A DNA stretch of 63,464 nucleotides from Prevotella sp. (GTDB lineage Bacteria > Bacteroidota > Bacteroidia > Bacteroidales > Bacteroidaceae): positions 1-63,464 of the forward strand of contig JAFZNI010000339.1 of NCBI GenBank assembly GCA_017551005.1, written 5' to 3'. The position numbers and the translations under genes are program-made. Shown here one piece after another: positions 22,501-28,500 of the stretch (the stretch's first letter is position 1; each line of letters opens with the position of its first letter). The notes beneath the pieces were generated by a model, which saw nothing but the letters and a program-made list of their open reading frames with translations, had not been told where the DNA came from and searched no databases.

Positions 22501-25500
22501 TGACATTGGCGCCGGGATTGGCAATCCATGTAGTACCGTCCAGCGTGTATGGGTCTTTACCGTTACCACCGCCAAACACATAGGCTATTTCATATGCAGC
22601 ATTGATATCTACATCGGTCTCACGAACGGCAGCAGCATTACCACCGCCATAGACATACTCAATACTTGTATCACTACAACCATTGATGACGACATGTGTC
22701 TTTTTGCCTGTTGCTGTATAGTCAGCCAAGTTTCCGCCACCATACACAGCGGCCACCTCATAATCAGTAGAATTTGAGACTGTCATTGGAGCCTTCCCGT
22801 CAGTACCAGCAGGCGTTCTTGTATTACTTCCGGCTACCGTCTTCCAGACTGTTACCGTCACATTGCCTAAAGGAGAGCCATTCAGATTGTTACAGCCAAA
22901 TACACGACCGCTCTTCACAATGGTTGATTCATTAATAGTAGTCTCAGAGTTATCTTCGTAATGGTCTATCCAGAAAGCAGTAGCAGATGACCCATTTTCA
23001 GAACTGCCAAGATTCACGTTCACATCACCATAGACCTTTGCTTCAATACCTTCTGTCGTAACCGTTTCACCTGATTTCACTTCCATTCGTCCCAGGCCGC
23101 CACCGTATGCATCACCATTAATGATACCGCCAAGGAGATTGACCGTAGTCTTGTAGGTCGTCTTGCCGTCAGAATCCACTTTGCCATCTGCCCAATCATC
23201 AGTTGTCGTATTCCAATTGCTGGTCTGAGTATCGGCCAGTGCACCACCGCCATAAACATCCTTGGCAACGACACCGCCAGTCATAGAGACTTTCACGTTT
23301 TGTTTGACATTACCGGCCTCACCGCCGCCATAGACGCTACCCCAGATCTGTGCGCCAGGCTTGGTGTTATCTGTAGAATGTCCTTGAATCTTCACCTCTG
23401 TCTCAAGAGAGTTGGCCAAATTAGAGCCGACTATGGTGACGCCTTCCTTACCACGGGCTGCACCAAAGACACTACCGCCAGCACTACCATTTACTCCGAT
23501 GATGGCATCGTCACTGATAGTAACAGTCGTCTTACCGCCAGCTGAACCTAAGGCACCAGCACCATAGACATTGTGAACAACTTGTCCACCATCTATCGTC
23601 ACGTTAGCCGTACCAAGCACGATACCTGCCAGCGGGTTGAAATCTTCTGTATTGGGATAGTAATCCTCACCACAACCGCCGCCATAGACATTACCACGCA
23701 GGCGGTAATTTGGACCGCCTAAGTCATCGTTTGTTGTAATACCGATGGTACCATTATGAATCTCTACATTTGTGTTATTAAATACATGTCCGTTTTCACC
23801 ACTACCATAGACAGAACCCTTAATGGACGGATTCTTTCCTTCGCCGCCAATAACGACATTGGTATTATATACCCAAGCCAGATGGTCATTAGGATCAACA
23901 CCGTCAGTTCCTGGAGTATCCACATCACCACGTGACGAGCCGAACACCATTCCGTTCTCTTTACCATTCACACCGATGGTACCACCATAGACATAAACCT
24001 CTGCCTTACCAGTATTTTCTGCCCATTCGGTAGGCATGTTCGAAACTGCATCAGTCTTTCCCGGAATATAAGTTGCAGAGCCATAAGTGATAGTACCCAC
24101 TGAACCATAAGCACCGCCACCATATATATTATGGTATATAGTAGGTGTGGTTGTCGTAGAGCCAGAAATGCCGTTTTCAATCTTGATCAAGGTATTCGTC
24201 TTGATAAGGCCTGCCTCTGGCTGGGTTGTATTACCTTTACCACCGCCATAGACATTGCCCCATATATCACGACCTTGACCTGAGATACCAATGAAACCAC
24301 CACTGATGTTAATCTCTGTACCAACCGAGATATTTTCGTTCTTGTCATTCTTAGCAGTATGACTACCCACTACCTGAGCCAACTCACCACCGCCATAGAC
24401 GCTGGCGTATGCTATACCACCGGTCATATTGATAGTCGTAGACCTGGCGATGCCCAGTCTGAAGTCTGTTGTCGTACCCTTACTACCGCCATAGATATTA
24501 CCACTAATACCCGTTGAACTTGCGGTTCCGATGGTTCCGTCATTGACGGTAACGGTGATGTTACCATGTTTGGTGGCATCATCATCCAGCAACTTACCAT
24601 AGTTGGAATTGTCAGTTTTAACTAAGTATGTACCAACTGCAGCCAAGCGTCCGCCACCATAGACGGAGCCCAATATGGTACCGCTCTTGATAGTGAGGCC
24701 GACATTACCTCTTACCACACCTGCCGTCAGTGACGTGACAGAACCACGTCCTCCACCGAAGACATTACCGTCGGCACCCGACTCTCCAGTAGTACCAATT
24801 GTGATGGTCTTATTGTTGGCTTTGTCTTCTTCGATCTTCGTCGTAGCATCACCAAGTATGTGACCATCCTCACCGCCACCGAATACAGAGCCATAGACAA
24901 TACCGCCCGTAATGTTGACACTGGTACTGGCCACATTTGTCAAAGTATTGAAGAGTACACGCTTGTCTCCCTTACCGGCACCGAAGAGGTTACCGATAAC
25001 AGGATGATTCTCAATCTGTGTCTTAGTACGCGGCACACCAACGGTACCACCCGACATGTTGATAGTACAACTGCCCTCCACATTGGTCATTTCATTACCG
25101 CCATAGACACTGGAGAGGATATGACCAGCGGAGATGTTTACCACAGTATTACCCCCTACAGAACCAGCAGACTCGAGCCATTTGCCTGCAGCGTACGGGA
25201 AGTAGCCAGAACCACCACCGAAGACGTTACCATAGAAGGTATGTCCGTCGTTGGCATCTGCAACTGTAGCACCACCCTCCGAGTTATATCCATCAGTTCC
25301 ATGGAAAGGATCGTAAGGTTTGCCTTCCGTGTCATACTGCCAAGAAGCACATGCCTTGAGAGCATTAGTAGTAGTCACAGGAGTATCGGGATCGGTAGGA
25401 TTGATGAATGCAGATTCAGCATAAGCGGCTGTCTCACCTTGTCCGCAACCTATCTGTCCACCTTGAATATTCACAAGCGTATTTCCACGCACATGACCGT

Positions 25501-28500
25501 TCTCACTGCCACCATAGACAGAACCCATGACAAAGGCTGTGCCGCTGATGGTGACTTCGGTCTTGTTCACGAAGTTCAATTTTGGAATTAAGGCATTGCC
25601 GTCTGTTCCAGAAGTCGCACCCGTAATACCCTTACCTGCACCGAACACGTGACCATCGAACGTCGGCATCGTCATATTATCAGGCCCAACCTTTCCAGCA
25701 AAGATATTAACGGTAGCAGTTCCCGTAGGAGCCTCTTTCTCGTTTGTTGTACTATTCGTTGTTTCGTTATTGATACCCGTGATTATATTATCGGTATCGT
25801 AGGTAAAGTCACCCACACTGGACAGTTCACCACCGCCATAGATGGTTGCTTTCACCCAGCCACCGCCCATGTAGACGTAGCTATTACCCTTAACCAGAGC
25901 AGACTTCACATCTGTATCCAAACCCTTACCGGCACCGAATACGTCACCTGCTATCGTTACTTTGGCTGTTCCTTCTGCGACACTTGTTGTACCATCCTCC
26001 GTACAAATATTAACCAAAGTATTACCCGTAATTTCTGCCTGGTTACCACCGCCATAGACGTTGCCCGTGATGTTGGCACCCAGTACTGTCTCTTTTTGGT
26101 AAACCATCGGTTGTTGATCTGCTGCTGTATTAACTACATATTCAGGATCGCCCTCCACAGCATGTACCTTCGCTAACGAAATCATTTCAACTTTCGCCTT
26201 TGTTCCGATGTTAATAGTGGTATTACCTACAACCGGAGCCTGGTTTCCTCCGCCAAACACACCGCCATCGACAGTTTCGCCATCCAGAGTATATTGGCCG
26301 CCTATTTCACCAAGCGTTGTTGCCTTAGCAGTGTAACCGCCACTACCATCTGCCTTTATACCGTAAATCTGGTTGATATTCACAACGGGGTTACCATAAA
26401 TCACAGCGTCAGTACCCAATCCACCGCCGAACACCTTACCTATACGAGTACAAGAGATGATGTTGAGTTCAGGATCATCGTATGGAGCCTTTGTATGGTC
26501 GGTACTGGTTCCATTACCAAAATATTTGGCTGTATGAGTATTATCACTTGCTGATTCTATGGGCTTGTAGAGAGGCTTGTCTGTTCCTGAGATTGTTCCA
26601 TCCTCATAGTATCCATAAACCGAGTAAGGAGCATTGAATCCACCGAGATAGAGTTCGTCAATCTTTATGGGACGGCAGCCGGTTTCCTCGATGTTCAGTT
26701 TAATATGACCGAAGATGGCACCGCTGGTGTTGTTGCCACCGAACACCTTACGGAAAGTTCCACTGGTGATGGTCAGTTCCACGTTACCTTTCACGTTGGC
26801 ATTCTCTGCACCGCCATAGACCTCTTCTGTCGGATTCTCGTCACCAGGCATACAGCCAAGGGTCATAATCAGGTCTCCCTCGATATCGGCATTCTTTCCG
26901 GCACCATATAGTTTACCTAAACTCAGATCACAATCTGGGTTAGTGTCAGTAGTAATAGAAACAGAGCCGGAGATTGCACCCTTCTCATTACTACCACCAA
27001 ATGCTTCATGGATAGTACCGCCAGCCAATATGGTGTTAACATTGCCATTGACATTGGCACCAGGGTTGGTCTCCCAACCATTATCATCCTTATACTTATC
27101 CTTACCGTTACCGCCGCCGAACACATATCCTAACTCGAATGCTTCATTGATATCCACATCGGTCTCGGGAACGGCTGCCGCATTACCACCGCCATAGACA
27201 TACTGGATGCTGGTATCTTCACATCCGTTAATGATGACATTTGTCTTCTTGCCAGTCGCAGCAGTATAGTCAGCCAAATTACCACCGCCATAGACTGCGG
27301 CAATTTCATATTCACCCTTTGTGTGGGTTGTCTTCAGTTGGCCAGAACCGTCAAGACCAACCGTCTTGTTGACTGTCACCGTCACGTTGCCCTTGGGTGA
27401 GCCATACAGGTTGTTACAGCCGAACACACGACCGCTTTTCACTACATCGGTATATCCTGCATCATCATAATTACTGATTTTGAAGGCTGCACCATTCACA
27501 TTCACAAATACATCACCACCGACCTCTGCTGCAACATCACTCGTAGCATTATTGAAGCCCTTCTTCTGTCCCAATCCGCCACCGTAGGCATCACCATAGA
27601 TAATACCCTTATTCAGGTTGACGGTTGTTGTATTGCTGCTATTGTATTGGATGCTCGTGGTAGTATTTCCTCCACTTGTTGTCGATACCATCTCGGCATT
27701 CACATATCCCTGGGCACTGCCGCCATAGATATCGCCATAAATGGTTGTGCCACCGGTGGTCTGGTTGCTCTCGCCTACATTGACCAATACGTCGCCACTT
27801 ACATAGGTGTTATGACCGAATCCACCGCCAAACACATTGGCAGAGGTTGTCGTAGTACCCACTTGGCCACCAATGAGCGTCACCTTGGTAGTACCAGCCG
27901 TACCATTTGCATTACAGCCGCCGTAGATAGCATTTGCGTTTGCCTCATACAGGTTCACTTCAGCCTTGTTTGTAATGGTTGCGCTCTGTGCTTCCACAGC
28001 AGGAACAGGATGTTCAGGGTCAGAGTTGTCGGCTGGTTTGGCCAACTGTCCCATGCCGCCACCAAACACATTTCCGCTCACCTTACCTGCATAAAGGTTC
28101 ACCTGAGTGTTATTGACCGTACCAAGGGCCGAGCCGCCATAGATATCGCCGCCAAAATTACCAGTTGTAGAAGCATCGTGAGCAACGTATGTGATAGTCG
28201 TATTCTCGCCTGAAGTTGTTTCCACCTTCTCACCGATATTTACGTATGCCGTTCCCGTTACGTTTGTTTCAGCACCGAAGCCACCGCCAAAGACATCGCC
28301 AGTGATGTTGGCACCTTCCACGGTTACGCCTTCATAAAGTTTTGTTGTCGAATTATAAGTATATTTCCCTGATCCAAGATAAGTGGGCTCCGTGACAAAA
28401 TCAACAGTTCCTGCTGTACCAATGTTCACATAGGTGTCACCTTCAACATTAGCACCATAGCCACCACCATAGACATGGCCAATAGTACCCAATTGATCTA

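Noticed and set aside
21660-27450. Diversity-generating retroelement TR/VR pair
   Set aside because: Both copies are in frame within one ORF, differences look mostly synonymous rather than adenine-specific, and no reverse transcriptase is present.
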